Below the pieces are notes generated by a model. The model worked only from the letters and a program-made list of their open reading frames with translations. It was not told where the DNA came from and ran no database searches. Source: Lama guanicoe (Eukaryota). Taken from it: a stretch of 64,000 nucleotides of DNA. Location of the stretch: positions 2,563,058 through 2,627,057 of the forward strand of contig MU053487.1 in the NCBI GenBank assembly GCA_013239625.1. Direction: 5' to 3'. The position numbers and the translations under genes are program-made. Positions 15,601 to 27,600 of the stretch are shown here, piece after piece; position 1 is the stretch's first letter; every line of letters starts with the position of its first letter.

Positions 15601-18600
15601 GTGAGGACTGGATTAAATCAGAGAATTAATCTCATTTGAGGTAGGAATTCTCTCTAGAAGGCTACTGAAGGAAATTAATCATCAAAATTATTGGAGACTC
15701 AGACTATGATTATGGATGTGGGAAAAGGACCTAAACATTGTAGAGAAAGTAATGAAAGAATTTGATTATATGTAGGGATCAACAAAGAGAAGTAAAATGT
15801 TAACTTTGAATATTTTGAGCTTAGAGAATTAGAAAAGTAGGAATCTCAGAAAAATAGAGGGGTTTTGACGGGATATCCAATATGTTCCAGATGGTCATCT
15901 CTGGCATTCTAGTGGAGCAAGTGTAAGGGAGAAGCACTGAGGACACAGAACCGAGCCCCAAGGGATAGTTGCCGATAGAATCAATGAATGACACAGTGGG
16001 AGCTCTGAGACAGGAATATAGACAGGAGTCCTGAAGCTACAGAAGGCAGGTCCCTCACTTCAGGAAGTAATTATTAGTGACTGGTATAGCAGAGATCATT
16101 GGACTTAGTTAGAAAGGCTCATTAATGACCTAAGGAAAGCAGCATTTTAAGTAATTTCAGGCAGTTAAAATTTCACTGTTTGGTCATCAGCTTGGTCAAC
16201 CTTTTTAATTTTGTAGATGAGAAAGCTTCTGATTTTGACTTGTTTTGGGAGGAGGCAGGCTCTGTTGATTATACATTTAGTATAGAACAATTTCATTTTA
16301 ATTTAAGTGAATAAAAGATAGCACAAGTAGTAAGATGTCTTAAATAAAGTTGGATAAAATTCTACCTTTATCTTAAGTAATTTTTTTTGATCTTCTCTAC
16401 ATTTTTAAAAACTCAATTTAGCAATCAGTAGCTCTAAAAATATATTTTCTCTTCTTGTATTTCCACACTCTTTAAGGAGCAGAATTATTTGTTGGGGTAA
16501 ATACTAATGTTTTAAATGCTGACGGTTCTCTTATTATTGTTGCTGATACTCTGAGTAATGCTGAAAAATTCCTGTGAATCCTTTATGTTTTAGGAGCTCC
16601 AAATGGACCAGCAAGCAAAAAAACATCTCCAAGAAGAATTTGATGCATCTCTGGAGGAAAAAGATCAGTATATCAGTGTTCTCCAGACTCAGGTAAAGAT
16701 TAAAAGAAAAAGTGTGGAATTTTTGGGTTAAGAAAAATAAAGGGTTTTTGATGGGATATCTGATAGGTTCCAGATGCTGGAAAAAAAAAAAGGCCTGTCT
16801 TTAAAACTCTTTGTTTTTCCTCAGTTAATTTTAAGGATACTTTTATTTGTATTTTTATTTTGGGGGAGGCAATTACGTTGATTGATTTACTATTAATGGA
16901 AGTATGGAGGTACTGGGAATTGAGCCTAGGACCTCATGTATGCCAGGCATGCACTCTACCACTGGGCTACACCGTTTTCCCTTATTTTTAAGGATAATTT
17001 TTTATTTAGTGTATCTTCTGGCTAAGATATCATTGAAAATAACAAATATCAAAGTCAGCTACATTGGTAGTAAGTCTTTTATTTTGTTTTTGTCCCCCCA
17101 TTGTAGCAAAAAGAATATCCTTTACTCTGCCCCTTCTCTGTCTTAAAGAAAGTACTATTGTCATACTTCCTCTTGTTTTTTTTTCTTATGAAATTTTTGT
17201 TTGTTTGTTTGTTTTTAGGTTTCTTTGCTGTCACAGCGGTTACAAAATGGCCCGATGAGTGCTGATTTACTGAAACCCCTCCCTCAGGTGGAGCCACAGG
17301 CTGAAGGCGTCAGTAAAGAGAACATAGATAGCGATGTAGAGGCAGGAGGTAAGCTTCAACTTGTGAAGAGGTTAATCTAAAAACTAGAGGAGGATGTTGA
17401 GAGATTCTGGGGCATGAGCTAATAGACCTGGGCTGAGATAGGAGTAAAGTGTCCTTGACCCTAACATTTCCAGAAAGATGTGTTAAAAAAAACAAAATTC
17501 AACTGAGTCAATTTTAAAGATCGTATTGGCTTAATTTGATGATTCACGAATTGGGCAGCAACCCATCCAGCAGAGAGAAAGAAGCTCCCAGGAGCTGTAC
17601 GAAATGAAAGCATTTATATTTTGTATAGGCAGAAGGGAGTGGGAGAGGGAAGTTACACTAGCAAAGAAAGAGTGGATTGCTTGTGCGAGGTCCCTTTCCT
17701 TTAGGGGGTGACAGGGGCCTGTCAGGCAGATTATCTCTATGGTGTTGATTTTTGATTGAGTTGTTTAAGATTCCATTTCTGGGAGTGGCCAAAACTGTAA
17801 TTAAGTCTCAGTTTGGTGACGTGAGGCTTAGTGTAAACTTCCATTTTGGGCCTGTTACCTAGTTTTTTAGCATATGCAAGAGTTTTTGTTGTTTTTTTGG
17901 CTGTCTGTTTTTTGTCATTGAGGAGAAAGTAACTATGTAATTGTTTTAAGACTTGAAAGTCTGTAAGTAGCACTGCATGTTCATTATAATTGAAATTCAT
18001 TATATTATACTGTTTCATTGATAGCAGTAGCTAGATTTCATATAAATGAGTCAGTTGTGCTCAAGAGTAAGGAATAAGCAATTTTTCATTGTTTGGCTAT
18101 TTTAGTGCTTAAGTAATATTGCTTACATGTGTCTACATTTAAAGATGCCGATATTGTCCCTATTAATTGCTTTCTAATTGAAAAAGAAGGAATAGTTTTG
18201 TTTTGTTTTAAAATCTAATTATCTAATTACAGCTCTCCCTACTCTTTGATCTTTTGAGGTACCTAAAAATTCCCACTTTTTCTTTGCTAGCTTTCTCTCA
18301 AAGAGATTTGTAATAAACTTTTGGTTCTGCCAGCATCAGAGTAAGATGTTGTGCAGCTGTCTGTCTGAGCAACCAACCTGTAAGGAGTCCTGAAATACCC
18401 TTGGGCAATTTCATGAATGTAAGGAGATGGAGAAAGCTGTATTTACCAGAACTCTCAAGAAGAGATCAGAAAGCGTTGGAAGGAATACTTTATTAATCCT
18501 TTTAGAATAGGAGCTAAGACACAGGTGGCTCTTTTGAATAGCAAACTGTCTTCCAAGAAGGGCGGATTCAGTTAACGTTAGTTACTATTGAGTGTTGAGT

Positions 18601-21600
18601 ACATTTGGAATGGGGTTGAACCACAGAAAGAGGTGAATGTGCTACTCAGCTTCTTCAGCTACGGAGTACAAATAGTGATGGCGTAGACGTTTACAAGGGT
18701 GCCCAGTCTGGCTCAGCACGGTGCCGGGGTAAGAATACACTCCTGTGCTCTAACAGAGGAACTGCTCCCAGGGAGCTCTTACTGACTGCCTTACTGACTG
18801 CCCCTGCTTATGCTGCTTTATTGTCAATAGTGGGAGATGGAGCTTCTGCTAAAACACTGGAAGTACTTCAGCAAAGAGTTAAGCGTCAAGAGAATCTACT
18901 GCAGCGCTGTAAGGAAACAATTCGGTCGCATAAGGAAAAGTGTATGCTATTAACCAGTGAAAAAGAGGCACTACAAGAACAACTAGATGAAAGACTTCAG
19001 GAACTAGAAAAGATGAAGGTAAAAGAGCAAATGAGTGTGATTGAACGCAGCCCTCTAAGCTAGATCCATCGGCCCCAGCGTGGCCTGCTCCTCCTCTGGA
19101 AAGCCTTCCCCCTTCCTCCATAGACAGCATGGAGAGGACCCCCTAGTGCCCTGGGCTTCAAGGCATTACCATCCTTTCGAGACATCCTGTGTACTTTTCT
19201 CCTACTAGACTTGTAGGAGTATCCAAATTAGATAAAATGTTTAGAGTTCTCATATGAGGAGAAGCTTTATTAGAGATGGAAATGAATTTTTAAAATTTTT
19301 TTAGGAGCTTCATATGGCTGAGAAGACTAAACTTATCACTCAGTTGCGTGATGCAAAGAACTTAATTGAACAGCTTGAACAAGATAAGGTAAAACAACAA
19401 AACTTATGATACTAAAATTTGTCAAGGGGCCCCAAAATTCATTTTTGGAAGCAATTGGAAGCATTCAGACTTCTGCTTTCCAAAATTATTACAGCTGCTT
19501 CCATAAAAAATCTTTTTGTTTTAATTTCTAGATTTATATAACTGTTAGCATTAGTTTCATATCATGTAAAGCTGAATCTCTGTGGTTTCTTGATCCCAGT
19601 CAGCATTTTGATTTATAGATTAGAATATTGTTGCAAAGGAAATCTGTATATAGTACCTAATTACTTTGTAGAGAAAAATTAAATTATTTACAGTTAAGGA
19701 ATTACTAAATGTGAATATAAGTGTTGTCTTTCAAGTATAATGGAAACAGATTAATCTCTCAGATAAATTGCCTAAAAAGTAAAGAAGTAGTAACGTATAC
19801 ATTAGCATAAACAGTCATTTCTGCAAATAAACTTTAGAATGTGTAGGTGAGATTGGCAGTTTACAGTTGAAACAACAGTTTTAGGTATGGCAGCAAAAAC
19901 AACTGAAAAATTCATGGGCAGACAGTCTTGCAGCGCCAAGGGTGTGGGTCCTTTATTGTAAGCAGCATCCAGTTAGTTCCGCACCATCCACCATTTTCTT
20001 TGATATGGTGCTTTATAGTTACAGTATTTTAAGTAGCTGTGTAATTAAGACCATTTCAGAGCTGTTCTGCTATTGAAATGTATTGGCAGTCTTTTCATTC
20101 TATAATATCATTTTGCTTGGTTCTACTCCATAAGCATCATGAAGGTCCTCTTAAAAAAAAAACAACTTTTTATTATGAAAAACTTAAAACGTTTACAGAA
20201 GTACAAAGATTAATAAAATGAATTCCTGTGACCCCATCACCTAGCTTCAATAGTTAACATCTCATGGCTAATTTTGTTTTATCTATACCTTCCTAACCCC
20301 GTTATCCTCAACCCAAGATTGTTTGAGAGCACACCTAAGAAATCTCTTCATTTCTACCTACCATAAGTATTTTAATGTATTTTTAAAATAAAAGGCTCTT
20401 TTTTTTATAAAATTAGAACCGCATTATCGTGATCACATTTAGATATTTAATAGTAATTCCTTAATACAATCAACTATCTGAATAGTTTTAGATTTTCCCT
20501 TTTGCCTGATGCATTTTTTTCACCCATTTTTATGAATCAGGATCCAAATGAGGTTCTTTCATTGCAATTGGTTGATATGACTCTTAAGGCTTCTTTTAAT
20601 CTATAGGTTCCACTGCTGTCTTTTTCTGTCTCTCTCTTTCTTTTTTCCATTGTGATTCGGTTTTTGAAGAAACTGAAGGCCCACAATTTTGTTTTGAAAT
20701 TTTGTATGATAATGACCCGCTTACCTGGTTTTTAATCTGTTCATTAATATTAGCCATCTGGAAGAGTCATACCCTAAAGTAAGGGTTGACAAACCCTGGA
20801 AGTAAGGTAATAATCTTCTTAATATCGTAAAATAGCTGCGATAAAATCTTATTTTTCAAGAGACAAGTCGAACCACCCCATTTTTTGTTAGTTGTAAATG
20901 ACTGATTTAATATATATTTGATTATATTTTCCCCCTAGCAACCTTCATTTCTTGTGTAGATTATCCAGAGAGTGGGAAGACAGTAGCAATTAGCAAATTG
21001 GAAGAATGAGCTTGCCTTACAGTAGTAAGGAATGGTGTTGGGACCAGAGACTGTCACAAGAGGAAAGAAAAAACCAGGTAGATCTGTATCACAGTCTTGG
21101 TCCATCCAGTGTGGCAGCAATAACCTTATGCTCTCAGCAGCCTCTGAGGCTTTTGCCATGTTACAGAACAGTGTAATAAGTGTGGTTCATGACTGCTTCT
21201 GAGCCAAGTATAAAAGGCTGAATTTATATAGTAGGAACATAAACTGTTTACTAAGATGGGGAAAATTATAGCAAATATTTATGGAAAGATTATAAATCTT
21301 CTAACTGAAATGTTTTTAGTAATTGAAAGATTAATCTTACTATTAAAATAATTTTTTTTATCAAAAATACCCTGATATGCTAGGTAGCTGAAGTTACTGG
21401 CATGTATAGCATAGTATATAGTGCAGAACACAGACTTTAGTTTGTGAAATACTGTAATAATCTCATGCTGTACTTAGTAAGAAACATTATGTTTTCTGCC
21501 CTTTAAAGTAAGTGCTATTGACAATGCCATTTTGTTATGCAAACGCTTTAGTGTCTGCACTTCTGTTTAGGGAATGGTAATAGCAGAGACAAAACGTCAG

Positions 21601-24600
21601 ATGCACGAAACCCTGGAGATGAAAGAAGAAGAAATTGCTCAACTTCGCAGTCGTATCAAACAGATGACTACGCAGGGAGAGGAATTAAGGGAACAGAAAG
21701 AAAAGTCTGAAAGAGCTGGTAAGAACTCAAGGGTTACTTGTTTTATGTTAGAACTCGAAAGTCATGTAAAGTGCTTGACCAACCAACATTTAGAAAAATT
21801 AGTTAAATATTGATAAAAGTGTTAAATTGTAGAGACTATCTCTATAGAGAGAAAGCTCTTTATAAAGAACACTGAAGTGTTCCTTAGAAGAGGCAGAGGT
21901 TGAGAAACCGTGGCCTATGAGTGAAATCCAGCCCATGCCTGGCCTATTTATGTAGAACCCCGCAAAGCCTAAAGGATTTATTATCTAGTCCTTTGTAGAA
22001 AATGTTTGTGGACCACTGCTTTAGACTAGCAAAATTCAGATTTCCAATTTTGGAACTCCCCAACTAGGCACAGCATGGTACATATTAAATAACTGCTACC
22101 TTATGGATGCTCTAGAGTAAACAAAAAGTGTAATATATAGTCTGCTTTTGAAGAGAATAGTGGAATAATTCAGTGTTATACATGATAGCATTGTTTTGAC
22201 CTAATAAATGCTAGGCTGTATTGACCAGCGTAGTATTCAACAAGCTATGATGCTGAGTAATGCTTTGAAAGAAAGGAGAGGTGCTAGAAAGAAGAGAGAG
22301 CAGAGTGAACTGGTACCTTCAGATGAGTGAGGGTGTAAGTTTTGAGCTGGGCCTCAAATAACAAATAGGAGGGGCCTAAACAGAGATGGGGGCAGCACAT
22401 GTTTCAGATTGTTTAAGATCATAAATAGACACAGTGACCATAGCATGTGTGTGAATCAACTGAAGACCCTTCTTGCTGAAGTGGGAAATGGAGTGGGATT
22501 GTGAAGGAACTGACTACTGAAGTCTTTAAAGGTGAGTGGCTGAGTTTAGACTTCGATTTACAAGGAAACTGGTAACAGGAACACATAATGTGATGGAAGC
22601 CAGTGTTTTATGTAGTAAAGAAATGAGGTAGAAATTCAAACTTAAAAGCAATCGTAGAAGTCCAGGTGACTCGAGCATTTTATGGTGAGGAGACTGAATA
22701 AATAATGTGAAGTCAGAATAATAGGAAATCTAAATGGGCATGCTGAGGAATGGAGTGACATGATGAGTTTGCTTAGATACTGTAAGCCAATCATGAACTC
22801 TCCAGATAGAATTGACTTGTAAGAATTTGGAAATAAGAAACTGGAGCATCTTTCGGGAGCCTAAGGTTGAAGCCTGTGGTTCAATCCATAGAAAAGGCTG
22901 AATTCTCCAAAAGATTGTTTAACTGGTAGTGGTGGTGGTGACAGCAGCAGTGATGACAGCGGTGGTGGCACCCGTTGCTGCTGAGCGCCAGCACTTTCTG
23001 CAAGGCTCTGTCATGAATGCTTTGCTTGTATTTTCTTGTGTATGTATTTGTATTTAATCCTCAAAATTTCTATGAAATGGGTAATAATATTATCCTCATT
23101 TTACAAATAAGAAATAAGACAAGACAACCTAAGAGTAAATGTCAAGATCTGAATCTGGGCATTTTGAATCCAGAGTCTGTGCTTTTAACCTAGAGATCTT
23201 GACTTTGGCGGAGAGAAATGAATGAGAAAGAATTACCCAAGAAGTCATAGGAATTGTGATTACTTATGTTCTTGGAGGAATATAAGGAGGTATTCCCAAA
23301 AATGGGGCAGATAGGATGAAGATTTCTAAAAACGCCTTTTAATCTCCATGAGGATTTGATTCTCAGGATGCAGTTTCAAAAATGAGTTTAGAAACCAGAT
23401 TGTAAGGTTTAAGGAGGGGAATGGGTCTGGATGAGAAAGGCAGTCGGTTTCTGGATGAGAAAGGCAGTCGGTTGACACCAAATGTGCTCATAAATTCCTC
23501 CCCATCTCCTTGCAGTTGTTGTGTTGATAAGTGGCTGGGGAATTTAGTTAATGAATTTGCTCTGAATAAAACTAAGATTTCCCTTCAGAGAGCGTTAATA
23601 GACAGAATCTCTCAGAATGTAATCTCTGAAGACTCCCTTGAACCAGTTGGAGAGTTGTGAGACTCTATTAAACAGGTTTGCTTTCTGTGAACAGAAGACC
23701 TAATGCAGAGTCTCGGCTTCTCATGTCAGGCCTTTTCATTTTTAAGACGGCTTTTGAATTGACTGTTGTAGCCAGCCAAGAGAAAATAATGTTGGTTAGG
23801 GGTTACATTTCCTTCTAAAGTTGAGGTATATCTTGTGAGGAGGTAGAAACCCATGAATAAATACCAAGTAAAAAGGGGTAAATGATAAAAAGGCAGGCAG
23901 AATATACAGTTAATTCACATATAGGGTAAAAACTTCCCAGACTGCTGTTTCAGGCAACTCTTCACTAGCACAGCCTTCCTGTACTACTGTGGCCCTGCTT
24001 CTCCAAAACAGATGTATTTGATCTTTATTTAGTTATCTCTTTTTTTAATTTTGTTTTTTTATTTTGGGGGGAAGGTAATTAGATTTATTTATTTTTAGAA
24101 GAGGTACCGGGGATTGAACCCAGGACCTCATGAATGCTAAGTAGGTGCTCTACCACTTGAGCTATACCTTCCCCCCTATTTAGTTATCTTTTTAATTGAG
24201 GTATAGTTGATGTACAATATTAAATACGTTACAGGTGTACAACAGAGTGATTCACAGTATGTAAAATGTAAATACTCCATTGATAGTTATTACAGAATAT
24301 TGGCTATATTCCCTGTGCTGTACAATATGTCCTTGCAGCTTGTTTATTTTATACGTAGTAGTTTGTACCACTTACATATTTTGTCTTTAGATGTGATTTT
24401 CATAAAAGTATATTTTTGTGAATATTTCATAGCCGTTAAGTTGAGAATCTTATCTGTTACTAGTGCTGTCAAAATATTTAAAATTAATAAATACTTAAGG
24501 AGAGAAGGAAGATTTACAGTCGTTTAATAGATACATTCACTTTGGAAGTATGGATCACACAGTTATGAGCGCTTTCATAGATATTAAGTCATTATTATTG

Positions 24601-27600
24601 AGGGTTATGATAGAAAGTTGTAACAGACTGATTTCATATTGAAGATGTTGTCTTTTAAATCTATAATGAAAATTAGTTTTGTACTCCAATTGCATTTGAT
24701 CTACTGGTCTTAGTTGAGTCTGAAGAGAATTGTTCAAATATAAAATGGTTCTTAGTTAAAATATAAAATTCATATACCAATTGACAGAAAAGTCCAATTT
24801 AGTACTAAAAGTAAGAAAAGGTCTTTGTAAAGTCAGTATAGTTTCCATAAATAGTTTATGAACATTTTTGGGCTCTTGGAGAATTCAGTTGCTCTTAAAT
24901 GTTTGTCTTTCTCTTTCTTAGATTTAAAATTCAGAGGCTGATCACATAAGAGCTGGCCATGTGAAAGAAACATTAACATCATTAAAGCTTGTGGTTATTA
25001 AGTTTTTTAGAAGTAAATGTGTCTACAAAAAATAATTATGAAAGAACCTGAACTCTTCTAATACATTTTTAACTGTAAAATATTTAACTCTGATATATTT
25101 AGCAATTCTTGGCACGTGGATATCAGTAGACAAATAACTAATTTTGGGGCCTCGCTTATTCTGGAGGTCAAAATCGGCTCAAATACATTCCTCAGTACTT
25201 TTCTTGGAAAACAATCTATTGCACTCTTTCTTGTACTTTTTCTAGATAAACTGTGATGCTTCCCATATGTTAGTGGACAAAGGAAATCTGAGTGTCTCTG
25301 ATTTTAAAAAGAATAATACTATCGTAAAACACTTAAGCCATGTAAATATGGTAACAAGCCTACTTGAGGAAGCTGTGTGTCAGCCTGTAGTATTTATTTT
25401 ACTCTACAGTGGAATTACTGGGCACATTTTTTGAAGCACGATACTATAGCGCCTTGTTTTATTAAAATTATTTATTTTGGTGGATAAAGAAAGCCAAAAA
25501 TAAATTTGTTACAAGCATTTCACTGCAACTCTTGGTAGTATTCCTTTCTAGGTGTTTCTTAAAAACAGATGGTCATATCTTTAAGTAATGAGATTTTAAT
25601 TTTGGATAATTCTGGGGATTCAGCTGAAGAATGTAATGATGTCTTTTAGGTGCTAAGTATTATAATTAACATTAAGAATATTGTCTCTTTAGTGTAGCAC
25701 CAGTGCAGAATGTTAATGCTACTGAAGTTCACACTAGATTTCGGCTATTCTGTGTGTGCACGTGTGTGTATGTTTTAACTGGGATAGAAGGTAGGGGGTC
25801 GCTGGCTAATCATTAACGCATATTACAAAAAAAAAATTGTAGATTAGAGGAAATGAAAGCACATCACTGTTGTTTCGGGACACTTCCGTTTAGTCTTTTC
25901 TCAATCCTTGTTTTATATTATTGTAATCATAATTGTACATATAATTTTGTATGCTCCTTTTTTTCTTTATTTAGCATTATATTAGGAGTACTTTTACATG
26001 TCGCTAAAGTACTAACATTTTAATGGCTTTGTCAGAATGCATGTACGTCATTAACCATTTCCCTGTTGATCAACATCTAGATTATTTTCTGTTTTTGCTG
26101 TTGTGAATAATACTGTAACAACTTTATTTTATAATATAGCTTACTCCATCTTTGAATTTTTTTCCTCAGGATAAAGTCTTACCCGAAGACTTTTAGTCTT
26201 TTCTGTTAGTTACCTTTAAATGATGTAAATATAGCCATTACAAAAGAGAACCCACAGCGTATTATTACAGCCCTCCATTAAAATGTCCTTGCCTATAATT
26301 ATGCAAAATATGAATAAAATATTCTGCTTGGATTAGGAAAGTTTCCAGAGTACACTAACTTTCGTAAATCTTTCATGTACCCTGTCTTTGAAGTTTTGTG
26401 TTTTATATGATTGGCTGCATTTTAAAATGTAGATTAATTCATAACATTATTTGCTTTTTTATTGTCATGTTGTGTTTGTGCAGGAAATAAGTTTTTTATT
26501 TATTTGTATAGCATAGGCCTGATATACTAAAGACATTCAGTGGAACATATTTATTTGAAGGACCCTTTAAAATAGAGTTTATGTATTTTAATGTTGTGTA
26601 AGATTTATGCATATTTATATAACAAATGAAAATCATGTGTGTATTTAAGTGCTTTGTTAGTTGCTGACAGTTTATGTAACAGAGTTTTCTTGGAGTCTTA
26701 AGTCTCACAAAACATCTTATTTTTGTGCATCCACACATGCCAATAAGTGAATCATGGTGCCTTTCCCAAGCCTTGTATGAACAGGACTGGGGTAAGGGCT
26801 ATTTTTTTTTTTTCTTATCATGAGTACTTAGAATAAGCTTTACAAAGAAAATTCCATGTTTCTCAGGCAAAAAGGTATGAATTGCAGTAGAATTTAATTA
26901 TGCCATGTTAAGTAAGTAGGATGTACATATTTTGGCACTGAATGAATACTTGATGGGAAAATTTGTTATTTCAAATGGGGTTAGATTTTGACTTAATATA
27001 GGTTGTTTACTTAATAGCCATGTATCTGTAGGTACTTGATACATTTCTACAACAGTAGCCGTGCATCCCTGTCTTTAGAAACTCACTGCCCCTCTGCACT
27101 TATTTATGTCCCTGGCAACATCACTGCTACTGGAAAACAAATAGAGAAACACATTTCTTTGCTACAGAACCATATTTTCAATTTAATTAAATTTCCTTAG
27201 CTTTAGCTTAATATTTTTCAAGATCAGCCTGATGTTTTCAAAGTATTTGATAGATATATTTGCATGGTTTATGTGAGGAGTACATGAAAATTTGGGTAGA
27301 TCTGTAAAAATTTTTAAAGTCAAAGCATAGTTAATCCTCAGTGAATCTTGTTATGTATTTTGGCATGTGGCTTGAAGAGTAGATTTCCATCGCAAAGATG
27401 ATGTTTATTACATTTCTGAAGGCCCCAACTTCCAAGTATTGCGCTATCTGGTTTATGCCACTGGGTAGTTGTTTTCTTTTATTTTCATTTACATAAACTC
27501 TAGACCAGTGGTTTTCAGACTTTTTAATCACAGGAACCTCCTTAAACTCTTAAAACTTACTGAGGAGTTCAAAGAGTTTTTGTTTATGTGGGTTACATGG

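Noticed and set aside
23426..23473. CRISPR-like or functional repeat
   Set aside because: Only two adjacent copies with no spacer, in mammalian intronic DNA; simple duplication.
25636..25726. Possible C/D snoRNA (ATGATG … CTGA)
   Set aside because: Imperfect C box, no convincing terminal stem and no recognisable rRNA guide.
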